The notes beneath the pieces were generated by a model, which was given only the letters and a program-made list of their open reading frames with translations, was not told the DNA's origin and ran no database searches. The translations under genes and the position numbers were made by a program. Positions 40,751 through 49,693 of a stretch of 64,000 nucleotides of DNA are shown here, in pieces (position 1 is the first letter of the stretch; every line of letters begins with the position of its first letter). Source of the DNA: Chloroflexota bacterium (GTDB taxonomy: Bacteria > Chloroflexota > Anaerolineae > JACRMK01); the NCBI GenBank assembly GCA_016235055.1, contig JACRMK010000009.1:24435-88434 (forward strand), written 5' to 3'.

Positions 40751-43246
40751 ATGCACTTGTTCAACCGTGGCAAGTCCGAGGAACAGAAAGAAGAGACCCC
40801 CTCCGGCGCCAGCACGGCGATACCCGCTGATCTGCCGATTCTGCCGCTGCGCGGTGTGGTGGTATTTCCGCTGACCGTGCTGCCGCTGACGGTCGAGCAG
40901 CCACGCTCAATTCAACTGGTAGACGAGGCTGTGCTGGGCTCCCGCGTGATCGGCCTGCTTACCATTCGCGAGGAGCGTGAAGGGGTTGAGCTGGCCGAGC
41001 CGGGCGACTTCTATCAGGTGGGCTGCGCCGCCCTCATTCACCGTCTGCTAAAGGCGCCGGATGGCACCGTGCGTATTATCGTGCAGGGCCTCGACCGCAT
41101 CCGCGTCCAGCGTTTCCTGCAGACGGAGCCGTACCTGCGCGCCCAGACCGAAGTGCTGACCGATCATGCCGAGAAATCGGTGGAAGTCGAAGCGATCATG
41201 CGTAACACGGTCGATCTCTTCCGCCGGCTCGTCACGCTGGTGCCGCACCTGCCGGATGAGCTGATGATGGCGGTCATGAACGTCGAAGACCCGCGGCAAC
41301 TGGTGTACCTGATCGCAACCTCCATTCGCACGAAGCTGTCCGACGCCCAGGAGATTCTGGAGATCCACGACACCAAAGACAAGCTGACCAAGCTCAACCA
41401 GATCTTGACGCGCGAGCTTGAAGTGCTGGAGCTGGGCCGCAAGATCCAGAACGATGCGCAAAACGAGATCGGCAAGATGCAGCGCGACTATTACCTGCGC
41501 GAGCAGATGAAGGCGATCCAGAAGGAGTTGGGCGAGGAAGACGAGCAGTCCCGCGAAGCGTCCGAGTATCAGAAGAAGATCGAAGCCGCGGGCATGAGCG
41601 ATGAAGCGCGCAAGGTGGCCGATCGCGAACTGGCCCGGCTGCGAGCGATGCCGGCGGCCGCGGCGGAATACTCGGTGATCAAGACTTACCTCGACTGGCT
41701 GGTGGACATGCCGTGGAATCGCTCCACGGAAGATCATCTCGATATCAGCGTCGCGCGCCGCATCCTCGACGAGGACCATTATGACCTCGAGGAGATCAAG
41801 GAGCGCATCCTGGAGTTCCTCGCGGTGCGCAAGCTGCGCCATGAACGCGCCCGCGGCGACGAGGCGAAGTCCCAGCGCGGCGCGATACTTTGTTTCGTGG
41901 GGCCGCCCGGCGTGGGCAAGACATCGCTCGGCCAGTCGATTGCGCGTGCGCTCGGCCGCAAGTTCGTGCGCATGAGCCTGGGCGGCATGCGCGACGAGGC
42001 CGAGATTCGCGGCCACCGGCGTACCTACATCGGGGCGATGCCGGGGCGCATCGTCCAGTCGATCAAGCGCGCGGAGTCCAGGAACCCGCTGATCATGCTC
42101 GACGAGATCGACAAAGTCGGCTCGGATTGGCGCGGCGACCCGTCGTCGGCGCTGCTCGAGGTGCTTGACCCGGCCCAGAACTCAACATTCCGGGACCACT
42201 ACCTCGATGTAGATTGGGACCTGTCGCAGGCGATGTTTATCACAACCGCCAACCAACTGGATCCGATTCCCCCGCCGCTGCGCGATCGCATGGAGATCCT
42301 GATGTTGGACGGTTATATCGAGGAAGAAAAACTGCACATCGCGCAGAAATACCTGGTGCGGCGCCAGTTGAACGAAAACGCCTTGCAGGACGGCGAGTTG
42401 GTCTTCGATGAAAGCGGCCTGCGGCGCATCATCAACGCATACACGCGCGAGGCGGGTGTGCGCGGCCTGGAGCGCATGATCGGGCAGGTCGCGCGCAAGG
42501 TCGCAACGCAGGTGGCCGAGGGCAAGCTCACGCGCGTTGCCGTCACACGCGACAACCTGGAGGAGTTCGTCGGCAAGGAGAAGTTCTACTCGGAGATCAA
42601 GGAACGCACGATGATTCCGGGTGTCGCGACCGGGTTGAGTGTTTCTGAAATGGGCGGCGACATCCTGTTCATCGAGGCGACGCGCTACGAGAGCGAGCAC
42701 AAGGGCGGCGGCCTGATCATCACCGGTCAACTTGGCGACGTCATGAAGGAGTCGGCGCAGATCGCCGTTAGCTATGTGCGCTCGAAGGCGGCGCAACTGG
42801 GGATTGATCCCAAGATGTTTGACGAGTCGAACATCCACATTCACGTACCCGCCGGCGCGATTCCCAAAGATGGGCCGTCGGCCGGCGTGACGCTGACGAC
42901 GGCGATCGCGTCCCTGCTCACCGGGCGGCGCGTGCGTAATGATGTCGGCATGACGGGCGAGGTCACGTTGCGCGGCGCCGTGCTTCCGGTCGGCGGCATC
43001 AAGCAGAAGGTGTTGGCCGCGCACCGGGCCGGGTTGACGCGAGTGGTCCTGCCGCGGCGCAATGCGAAGGACCTGGCCGAACTTCCCGAGCAGGTTCGGC
43101 AGCAGGTCTCTTTTGTCCTGGCCGATCAGGTCATGGATGTGCTGGGCGAGGCGCTGGAGCCGTTGGGCGCACCCGCCGAAGCCGCGGGCAGCCCCCTGCC
43201 AACTGAAGACGGAGCGCGCCTGCCAACCTCGGTGCCAGCGGGCTAG
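40751..43246 (+). CDS. lon: ATP-dependent Lon protease
   Basis: 831 aa. LON N-domain. Walker [10 protein letters not shown]. Catalytic PKDGPSAGV...[14 protein letters not shown]. Confidence 0.95.
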   Translation: MHLFNRGKSEEQKEETPSGASTAIPADLPILPLRGVVVFPLTVLPLTVEQPRSIQLVDEAVLGSRVIGLLTIREEREGVELAEPGDFYQVGCAALIHRLLKAPDGTVRIIVQGLDRIRVQRFLQTEPYLRAQTEVLTDHAEKSVEVEAIMRNTVDLFRRLVTLVPHLPDELMMAVMNVEDPRQLVYLIATSIRTKLSDAQEILEIHDTKDKLTKLNQILTRELEVLELGRKIQNDAQNEIGKMQRDYYLREQMKAIQKELGEEDEQSREASEYQKKIEAAGMSDEARKVADRELARLRAMPAAAAEYSVIKTYLDWLVDMPWNRSTEDHLDISVARRILDEDHYDLEEIKERILEFLAVRKLRHERARGDEAKSQRGAILCFVGPPGVGKTSLGQSIARALGRKFVRMSLGGMRDEAEIRGHRRTYIGAMPGRIVQSIKRAESRNPLIMLDEIDKVGSDWRGDPSSALLEVLDPAQNSTFRDHYLDVDWDLSQAMFITTANQLDPIPPPLRDRMEILMLDGYIEEEKLHIAQKYLVRRQLNENALQDGELVFDESGLRRIINAYTREAGVRGLERMIGQVARKVATQVAEGKLTRVAVTRDNLEEFVGKEKFYSEIKERTMIPGVATGLSVSEMGGDILFIEATRYESEHKGGGLIITGQLGDVMKESAQIAVSYVRSKAAQLGIDPKMFDESNIHIHVPAGAIPKDGPSAGVTLTTAIASLLTGRRVRNDVGMTGEVTLRGAVLPVGGIKQKVLAAHRAGLTRVVLPRRNAKDLAELPEQVRQQVSFVLADQVMDVLGEALEPLGAPAEAAGSPLPTEDGARLPTSVPAG

Positions 43247-43266
43247 GCGGCGACGCGGAGGTCGTA

Positions 43267-44085
43267 ATGCAACGAATCCGGCGAAGTATTGTGATTGGGC
43301 TTGTCGTCAGCGCGCTGTTTGCCGGTGGCCTGCACTCGGCGCTGGCCGACGGCAACATTGTTCACGTGGTCGCGTGGGGCGAGACGCTCTCGGCGTTGAG
43401 CGCGCGGTACGGCGTTGCGGTGGCCGACCTGGTTCGGATCAACCAGATCGGCAAGAACGGTTGGATTTACGCCGGGCAACGCCTGACGATTCCCGCCCTG
43501 ACGGGTGATCCGCTGCCGGATCGACCGGCAGCGGTCAGGCTGTCTGGCGTGCCGCAGAAGCGGCAGGCGCAGTCGCTGACGTGTGAGGAGGCGGCGACAG
43601 CCATGGCGTCACGCGGGCGCATCTCCGAGGCGCAACTCGTGGCGGTCATGCCGCGCAGCGCCAACCCGTTTGAAGGCATCCGGGGTCGCACTAACGCGCG
43701 CACGCTGGGCACGCTGACGGATTACGGCACGTATGCTCAGGGGATCAAACGCGGGCTGGACAGCTTGGGCGTTGCATCCCGTGTCATGGTCGGGCAGCCG
43801 TACAACGCGTTTCGTGCGGCGGTCATCGCCGAGTTGCGCGCCAACCGCCCGGTCGTGTGGTGGACGACGTTCCGGCAGATACGCCAGACACCCGTGCGTG
43901 TGACGCTGCCGGACAAGAAGGTCGTCAAACTAACCCGCTGGGAGCACTCGGTGACGCTGGTGGGATTTAATGACGCGGGCTTTTACTACCACGATCCGTA
44001 TGATGGCAGCGTGCGCTTTGTGGCGAACGCCGATTTCCAGCGCGTTTCGGCCTACTTCGACAACATGGCGCTGGTTGTCGACTGA
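43267..44085 (+). CDS. Secreted LysM domain + peptidase C39-like domain protein
   Basis: Signal peptide IVIGLVVSALFAGGLHSALA. LysM HVVAWGETLSALSARYGVAVADLVRINQI..IYAGQRLTIP. C39-like QAQSLTCEEAA...WEHSVTLVGFND..YYHDPYDG. Confidence 0.7.
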   Translation: MQRIRRSIVIGLVVSALFAGGLHSALADGNIVHVVAWGETLSALSARYGVAVADLVRINQIGKNGWIYAGQRLTIPALTGDPLPDRPAAVRLSGVPQKRQAQSLTCEEAATAMASRGRISEAQLVAVMPRSANPFEGIRGRTNARTLGTLTDYGTYAQGIKRGLDSLGVASRVMVGQPYNAFRAAVIAELRANRPVVWWTTFRQIRQTPVRVTLPDKKVVKLTRWEHSVTLVGFNDAGFYYHDPYDGSVRFVANADFQRVSAYFDNMALVVD

Positions 44086-44111
44086 GCGCGCAGAACCCTG
44101 CGAGCGGCACG

Positions 44112-44609
44112 ATGCACTTCTCCGTAGGCATTCTAACGGTGAGCGACCGGGCTGCGCGCGGCGAGCGCGCGGACGCATCGGGCCCGGTGCTCGCACAACT
44201 GGTTCGCGACCATCTGCCCGGCGCTGTGCTGTCGCACGCCGCGGTGGTGCCGGACGAAGCCGACGACATCGCGCGCACCATTCTTGCGTGGTGTGCGGAC
44301 GGCGCGCATCTGATACTCACGACGGGCGGCACCGGCTTTGCGCCGCGCGATGTCACACCAGAGGCCGTTGCGCCGCTTCTGGAGCGGCAAGCGCCCGGAA
44401 TTGTGCAGGCCATCCTGCAATCTTCGCTCCGAGAAACGCCGCATGCCATGCTGTCGCGGCCGGTTGCCGGCATGCGCGGGCGGACGCTGATCATCACCTT
44501 TCCCGGCAGCCCCAAGGCATGCCGGGAGAGCTTCGAGGCAGTGCAGCCGGCCCTGCGGCACGGGCTGGAGCTTCTGAACGAGGTGTCCGGAGCGGACACA
44601 CGCCACTAG
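44112..44609 (+). CDS. MogA/MoaB family molybdenum cofactor biosynthesis protein
   Basis: VGILTVSDRAARGERADASGPVL...ILTTGGTGFAPRDVTPEA...GMRGRTLIITFPGSPKAC. Confidence 0.85.
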   Translation: MHFSVGILTVSDRAARGERADASGPVLAQLVRDHLPGAVLSHAAVVPDEADDIARTILAWCADGAHLILTTGGTGFAPRDVTPEAVAPLLERQAPGIVQAILQSSLRETPHAMLSRPVAGMRGRTLIITFPGSPKACRESFEAVQPALRHGLELLNEVSGADTRH

Positions 44610-44855
44610 CAAGCGAGTGGGCGGAAGGAAACGGCGATCTGCGACAGCCAAGAGCGTTTGCATAAACATCGCGCACGCCATGCGGTTCGCCGCGTGGGGG
44701 CAGGTCGTTGACACCCAAAGGATGCGACCCCTCGCCTGCCCGTCGGACAGGCCAAAGGCCTGTGCCTACATGCGGCGCGCAGCCCTGCGCGGAACAATTC
44801 GGACGATTTCGCATACCGCTCTGGCCGCCGCATCGCGGCAGCGCTCCGGCCGAAA

Positions 44856-45116
44856 CTATTTCGGTTTGCGCGCAAGATCGCGCTGGTGCGCCTGCTCCGC
44901 GCGCGCAATATCCTCGTTTGACGCCATGCGCAGTCGCAGCAGAACCTCGGCCAACGTGACGTTCTCCCCGCTTTCGGCCAGATGCAGTTGATACAGCAGC
45001 GCCGCATCCAATTGATCGAGCGTGAGCGTGCCCTGGTCAACCAGATAGCCGCCGACGAACCCCACCACGTGCGCGTGTGAAGACGGCCGCGCTGGCCTGC
45101 GATCCGCTTTGGTCAT
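44856..45116 (-). CDS. Hypothetical small protein (possible MshEN/T2SSE_N-like helical domain)
   Basis: 86 aa. YLVDQGTLTLDQLDAALLYQLHLAESGENVTLAEVLLRLRMASNEDIARAEQ resembles the GspE N-terminal-type helical repeat. Weak by-eye call. Confidence 0.35.
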   Translation of the reverse strand: MTKADRRPARPSSHAHVVGFVGGYLVDQGTLTLDQLDAALLYQLHLAESGENVTLAEVLLRLRMASNEDIARAEQAHQRDLARKPK

Positions 45117-45210
45117 CGTAACGCTCCCGTATCGTCTGGCACTGCGCGGGCGAGCATACCGGTGGACATGGCGCGTATGATAGGCGACCGCAAGTCATTT
45201 GTCAACGAGG

Positions 45211-45427
45211 CAGCAATTCTGACAGCAATTCTCATTTTGGAGCCGGCCGCCAGGTTGCCCTCTCATCCCCTGGCCCCCTGCGCCCGCGGGGGCGCAGGGG
45301 AAAAGCTAACGGGGAGGGCAACGCCGCTTTCTTGTCGAGCCAGCTTGCGTCACAAGCACCAGGGGGGCCAGTTCATAGCAAGCCGGCATTGGAAAGTACC
45401 CGTCCAAAGCCAAAATGAGAATTGCTG
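45211..45427. mobile_element. MITE-like element, copy 2 (217 bp, short diverged variant)
   Basis: Right TIR CCAAAATGAGAATTGCTG (45410-45427). The left end CAGCAATTCTGA is followed by CAGCAATTCTCATTTTGG (45211-45240), a 12-nt internal duplication of the TIR start. Flanking 9-mers TCAACGAGG (45202-45210) and TCAACGTGG (45428-45436) match 8/9. Only one GC hairpin inside. Confidence 0.7.
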
Positions 45428-45534
45428 TCAACGTGGGTGCGCGTCGGGCAGATTGCGCACAAGTACGCGTGCAGTTACAGGCCACGCCGACTTGAGCGCA
45501 TTGTCGTACCTTTCCCTGCCGGGAGAAATACAAC

Positions 45535-45559
45535 GACGCCGCAGTATCCATGCGGCGTC
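45535..45559 (-). terminator. Candidate terminator hairpin downstream of the minus-strand ABC operon
   Basis: Perfect 9-bp stem gacgccgca / tgcggcgtc with loop gtatcca. On the minus strand it is followed by GTTGTATTTCTCCC, a weak U-tract. Lies about 50 nt after the permease stop. Confidence 0.35.
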
Positions 45560-45608
45560 ATGGTCCGGCGTCCCGTACCCGTCGATCGTGGGTGCGCGCG
45601 TCAGCGCG

Positions 45609-46556
45609 TCAGCGCGTCTTGCGCGGGTCCAGCGCGTCGCGCAGTCCGTCGCCGACATAGTTGATCGAGACCACGGCAAGGAAGATCATGAACCCCGGGA
45701 AGATCGCCATATGCGGCGCCACTTCGAGGAAGTTTTGCGCATCGTTCAGCAGGCGGCCCCAGGACGGCACGTCCGGCGGAAAGCCGAGGCCGAGGAAGGA
45801 GAGCGCCGATTCCGTAATGATCGCGCCGCCGACACCGACCGTGGCCGCGACGATCACCGGCGACAGCACGTTGGGCAGGATGTGCTTGACGATGATGCTG
45901 GGGGTGCGTACGCCAACCGAATGCGCCGCCTCGACAAACTCCTTCTGCTTGAGCGACAGGAACGACGCGCGCACCAGCCGCGCCACGGGCATCCAGGTCG
46001 TCACACCAATAACGCCGACGATCATTAGGAAGATGCCAAGTTCGGGCCCAAATACTCCGCGCAACGACTCGCGGAAGAGGTAGATGACCATGAGCAGGAA
46101 CGGCAACTGAGGCAGCGCCAGAAACAGATCGGTGACACGCATCAAGCCACTATCCAGCATGCCGCCGAAATAGCCCGATAGGGCGCCGATCGTCATGCCG
46201 ATCAGCAGCGACGTAATGACCGAACTGACGCCAACGGAGATCGAGATGCGGCCGCCCCACAGCAAGCGCGCCAGCACATCGCGGCCGACATCATCCGTGC
46301 CAAACCAGTGGTCGGCCGACGGCCCCTGCGACGAGTTGGCAAAATCGATGCCATCGATGCGCCTGGTGTAGACCAGCGGGCCAAGCATGGTGCACAGCAC
46401 CAGCGCGATGATGACCACCATGCCCGCCATCGCCAGCCGGTGGTACTGAAACTGCCGCCACGCGTTGCTCCAGAGCGAACGCGGCTTGCGGCTCATTACG
46501 ATGTCGTCCGCGCTGGCTTTAACCACGGCGAACGGTGGTACTTGCGTTTGGGCCAT
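45609..46556 (-). CDS. ABC transporter permease (DppC/OppC-like), paralog of 38504..39445
   Basis: Start moved to ATG 46556 (MAQTQVPP...) by alignment with the paralog and to avoid overlap with the upstream permease. SRKPRSLWSNAWRQFQYHRLAMAG. FVEAAHSVGVRTPSIIVKHILPNVLSPVIV. Confidence 0.85.
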   Translation of the reverse strand: MAQTQVPPFAVVKASADDIVMSRKPRSLWSNAWRQFQYHRLAMAGMVVIIALVLCTMLGPLVYTRRIDGIDFANSSQGPSADHWFGTDDVGRDVLARLLWGGRISISVGVSSVITSLLIGMTIGALSGYFGGMLDSGLMRVTDLFLALPQLPFLLMVIYLFRESLRGVFGPELGIFLMIVGVIGVTTWMPVARLVRASFLSLKQKEFVEAAHSVGVRTPSIIVKHILPNVLSPVIVAATVGVGGAIITESALSFLGLGFPPDVPSWGRLLNDAQNFLEVAPHMAIFPGFMIFLAVVSINYVGDGLRDALDPRKTR

Positions 46557-46575
46557 ATGCACGTCCTCTTGCGGG

Positions 46576-47538
46576 CTAGGCGTACTTGATCCGTGGATCG
46601 AGGAAGCCATAAACGATATCGGCGATCAAGTTGAACACGACGACTAGCACCCCATAGATGAACGTTACGCCCATGATGACCGGCGTATCGCTAGTTTCCA
46701 GCGACGCCACCAGCAGCGATCCGATGCCGGGCACGCGGAAGATCTGCTCGGTGATCAGGGCGCCGCCGAAGACGCCCGGCACGCCCAGCGCCACCAGCGT
46801 GACGACCGGAATCAAGGAGTTACGGAATGCATGGCGCATAACCACAAAACGCTCGCGCAGCCCTTTCGCCCGGGCGGTGCGTACATAGTCCTGCGGCAGG
46901 TTCTCCAGCATGGACGCGCGGGTATAGCGCGCCAGCGTCGCGGTCTCAAAGAGCCCGAGCACCATGATCGGCATGGCCGACTGCTTTACCAGCCTGATAA
47001 GGGAGTCGAAATCTGTGACCACCAGGGTGGAATCATAGATGAAGGGCAGCCAGTGCAGGCGCACGCTGAAAATAAGGATCAGAATCACTCCCGTGAAAAA
47101 TGTCGGCACGGAGAAACCGATAAAGGCAAACGCCGAAACGAGATTGTCGAAGATCGAGTACTGCTTGATTGCCGACACAATCCCGATCGGAATAGCCAGC
47201 AGCACGCTTATCAGGTATGCGGTGCCCAGCACCCAGAGCGTCGTGGGAAGCCGCATCGCCAGCAGCGTAGTCACCGGAAGGCGGCTTGCGAAGGAGTAGC
47301 CCATGTTGCCTTCGCTGACCATGGCCCACAGCCACTTGACGTACCGCTCCGGCCACGGGCGATCGAGGCCCAGCGAACGCCGGATGTTTTCCCGCACCTC
47401 GATCGGCACGGCCGGATTGGCGGCGAACTGCGACATCGGGTCGTTCGGCGCCAGGCTCAGCACCGCAAAGATCACGAAACTGATGCCGATAATTGTCGGG
47501 ATCGCAATCAGGAGCGAGCGAATGATATAGCGATTCAT
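46576..47538 (-). CDS. ABC transporter permease (DppB/OppB-like), paralog of 37500..38480
   Basis: MNRYIIRSLLIAIPTIIGISFVIF. YVRTARAKGLRERFVVMRHAFRNSLIPVVT. High by-eye similarity to the other copy. Confidence 0.9.
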   Translation of the reverse strand: MNRYIIRSLLIAIPTIIGISFVIFAVLSLAPNDPMSQFAANPAVPIEVRENIRRSLGLDRPWPERYVKWLWAMVSEGNMGYSFASRLPVTTLLAMRLPTTLWVLGTAYLISVLLAIPIGIVSAIKQYSIFDNLVSAFAFIGFSVPTFFTGVILILIFSVRLHWLPFIYDSTLVVTDFDSLIRLVKQSAMPIMVLGLFETATLARYTRASMLENLPQDYVRTARAKGLRERFVVMRHAFRNSLIPVVTLVALGVPGVFGGALITEQIFRVPGIGSLLVASLETSDTPVIMGVTFIYGVLVVVFNLIADIVYGFLDPRIKYA

Positions 47539-47643
47539 CGGGTCACCTGGGTCTCGGCCGGAATGTGTGCGCCAATTTCACGTTGAGCGGTTGTACGACA
47601 CGGTGGGGCAGAGTTGCCTCTGCCCCACCGCCGAGCGAATGGT

Positions 47644-49473
47644 CTACTTCGACCAGTCCGCAATGTTCCACATCTCCGAGTCCCAGCCGCCGTTCATGTC
47701 AACACCCTTCAGCGACTTCGCGATACCGGTGACCGACTTGCGGGCCACCAGCGGGATCACCACCACATCGTTGACGAGCATGTCCTGCATCTTGATCGCC
47801 AGCGCGTCGCGAGCGGCCGCGCCGGTTTCCTTCGTGAACTGGTCGAACAGCGCGTCGTACTCCTTGCTGCACCAGCGCTCGTAGTTCGAACCGCTCCACT
47901 TCTGCGCCTTGGTCTTGATCTCACCGCAGGTCCAGCCGCGCAGGTAGTTCGTCGGGTCGGGCGAGGCGGAGCCGTTGGTGAACATCTCGATGTCGGTCCA
48001 GAACTTGGCCGCCGTATCCGGGTTGGCTTCGTCGCTCGAGAAGAAGACGCCCGACTGCACCGACTTCAACTCGGTGCTGACGCCGATCTTCGACCACGCG
48101 TCCTTCACAAACGCCTGCTCCTTTTGGCGCAGCGCGTTGACGGTCGTCTGGTAAACGATGTTCATCTTCACATCTTTACCGTTGACCGTCTTGTGGCGGA
48201 TGCCGTCCGAGCCCTTCACCCAGCCTGCGTCGTCCAGCAACTTGTTCGCCGCCGCAAATGCCGCGTCATCGGCCTTCGAGCAGGTGATGTTCTTAGAGAT
48301 GAGGTTGGCCGGCGAGTTGAGCACGACGCATGTGCCGTCGCCTGCCGGGCCGTAGAGCTGCTTGGACATTTCGGTCGTATTGATGACCATCGCCAGCGCC
48401 TTGCGCACGTTCAGGTCGGCCAGGAACGGATGCGGCTGGTCCGGCTCGCCGCGCTTGTCGCCCAGCGCCGCGTCGGGGTTCGTGCGGTTGACCAGCAAGC
48501 GCTCCAGATTCGGGCCGGTCGAAGTCACCAGGTTGCCCTTCGAGTCTGCCGCGCTCACCATCGGAGTGAGCACAGCCGCTTCGACCTGCAGGTTCCAGGC
48601 GTAGTCGGTTTCGGCCGTCTGGAAGACCGCCTTCGCGGCCGACGGCGCGTCGCCGCCGCCCTTGAACGTGACCGTCTTGAAGCACGGCTTGCCCTTGGCG
48701 AAATCCCGATAGTTCGGGTTCATCTCGTACGTCACGACGTCGTTCGGCTTCATGTCGGTGACGACGTACGGGCCTGTGCCGATCGGCTTCAGGTTCGGGC
48801 CGTCCTTGGCCTTGGCGCCCATGAACGGTTCCCACTGCTTCTTCTGCAGAATATAACCCTGGTAGCTCGTAAACGCTTCCAGCGTGTTCGCGTTCGGGGC
48901 ATTCCAGGTGATCTTGACCGTGTACTTGTCCGGCGCTTCGATTGTCTTGATGTTGGCAACCGTCACGGCCGTCACGGCAGCCGTATCCTTATCCGCCGCG
49001 AACTTGTACGTGAAGAGCACGTCGTCGGCGTTGAAGTCCGAGCCGTCCGACCACTTCACGCCCTGCTTCAGCTTCCAGGTGACCGACGAGAAGTCTTTGG
49101 CGACATCGCCATTCTCAACGGTCGGGACGCGCTCGGCCAGGATCGGCACGGCCGCGCCGCGCGGGTCGATCGCGGCCAATGGCTCCTGCACCAACCGGCC
49201 GGCGTCCTGGTCCTTCGTACCCTGGGCAAAGTGCGTGTTCAGAATCGTCGGCGCCTGCCAGTACAGAATGCGCAGGTTGCCGCAGTCGCCGGCTTTCTTG
49301 CCGGTGGGGGCCGCCGTAGCGGGTGCGCCGGTGGCCGCGGCGGCGGCGGGTTTGGTTGCCGCGGCGGGCGCAGTGGTCGCCGCCGGCGTCGCGGTTGCGC
49401 CGCATGCGGCCAGCAGGGCCATCAGGCCAAGCAAGCCGGCGAGCACAAGAGCCTTTGTGTTTTTGATTGACAT
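47644..49473 (-). CDS. ABC transporter substrate-binding lipoprotein, family 5
   Basis: ATG at 49473 (MSIKNTKALVLAGLLGLMALLAACG lipobox) with GGAGGAGGAG RBS. Paralogous to 35535..37364. Confidence 0.85.
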   Translation of the reverse strand: MSIKNTKALVLAGLLGLMALLAACGATATPAATTAPAAATKPAAAAATGAPATAAPTGKKAGDCGNLRILYWQAPTILNTHFAQGTKDQDAGRLVQEPLAAIDPRGAAVPILAERVPTVENGDVAKDFSSVTWKLKQGVKWSDGSDFNADDVLFTYKFAADKDTAAVTAVTVANIKTIEAPDKYTVKITWNAPNANTLEAFTSYQGYILQKKQWEPFMGAKAKDGPNLKPIGTGPYVVTDMKPNDVVTYEMNPNYRDFAKGKPCFKTVTFKGGGDAPSAAKAVFQTAETDYAWNLQVEAAVLTPMVSAADSKGNLVTSTGPNLERLLVNRTNPDAALGDKRGEPDQPHPFLADLNVRKALAMVINTTEMSKQLYGPAGDGTCVVLNSPANLISKNITCSKADDAAFAAANKLLDDAGWVKGSDGIRHKTVNGKDVKMNIVYQTTVNALRQKEQAFVKDAWSKIGVSTELKSVQSGVFFSSDEANPDTAAKFWTDIEMFTNGSASPDPTNYLRGWTCGEIKTKAQKWSGSNYERWCSKEYDALFDQFTKETGAAARDALAIKMQDMLVNDVVVIPLVARKSVTGIAKSLKGVDMNGGWDSEMWNIADWSK

Positions 49474-49693
49474 GCGAATTCTCCTCCTCCTGAGGACAAA
49501 CATGGCAGTATGGTTAAGCAGTTAATCCGCTACGTTATCATTCTGCTGCAGGGCCTCACCCCCTTTGAGTTTCGCGAGTGAAATAGGGAATTCGGGTGAC
49601 GATCCATTATATCGCGGATGGCGACCACCCGAAATGCGGGGTTGAGACAGAACTTTACAATGAAGGGAAGTTACTGTCAAAAACAGTATCGAT

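Noticed and set aside
44748-44767. Short hairpins in the mogA downstream region (gacaggccaaaggcctgtgc at 44748-44767; ccgaaactatttcgg near 44850), considered as terminators.
   Set aside because: The stems are only 6-7 bp with 3-nt loops and no U-tract, and the second overlaps the stop codon of the minus-strand gene. The support is insufficient.
45162-46028. 288-aa plus-strand ORF spanning the MITE and the 3' end of the minus-strand permease.
   Set aside because: It runs through a repeat element and antisense to a permease gene with a clear paralog. The translation is Arg/His-rich with no motifs.
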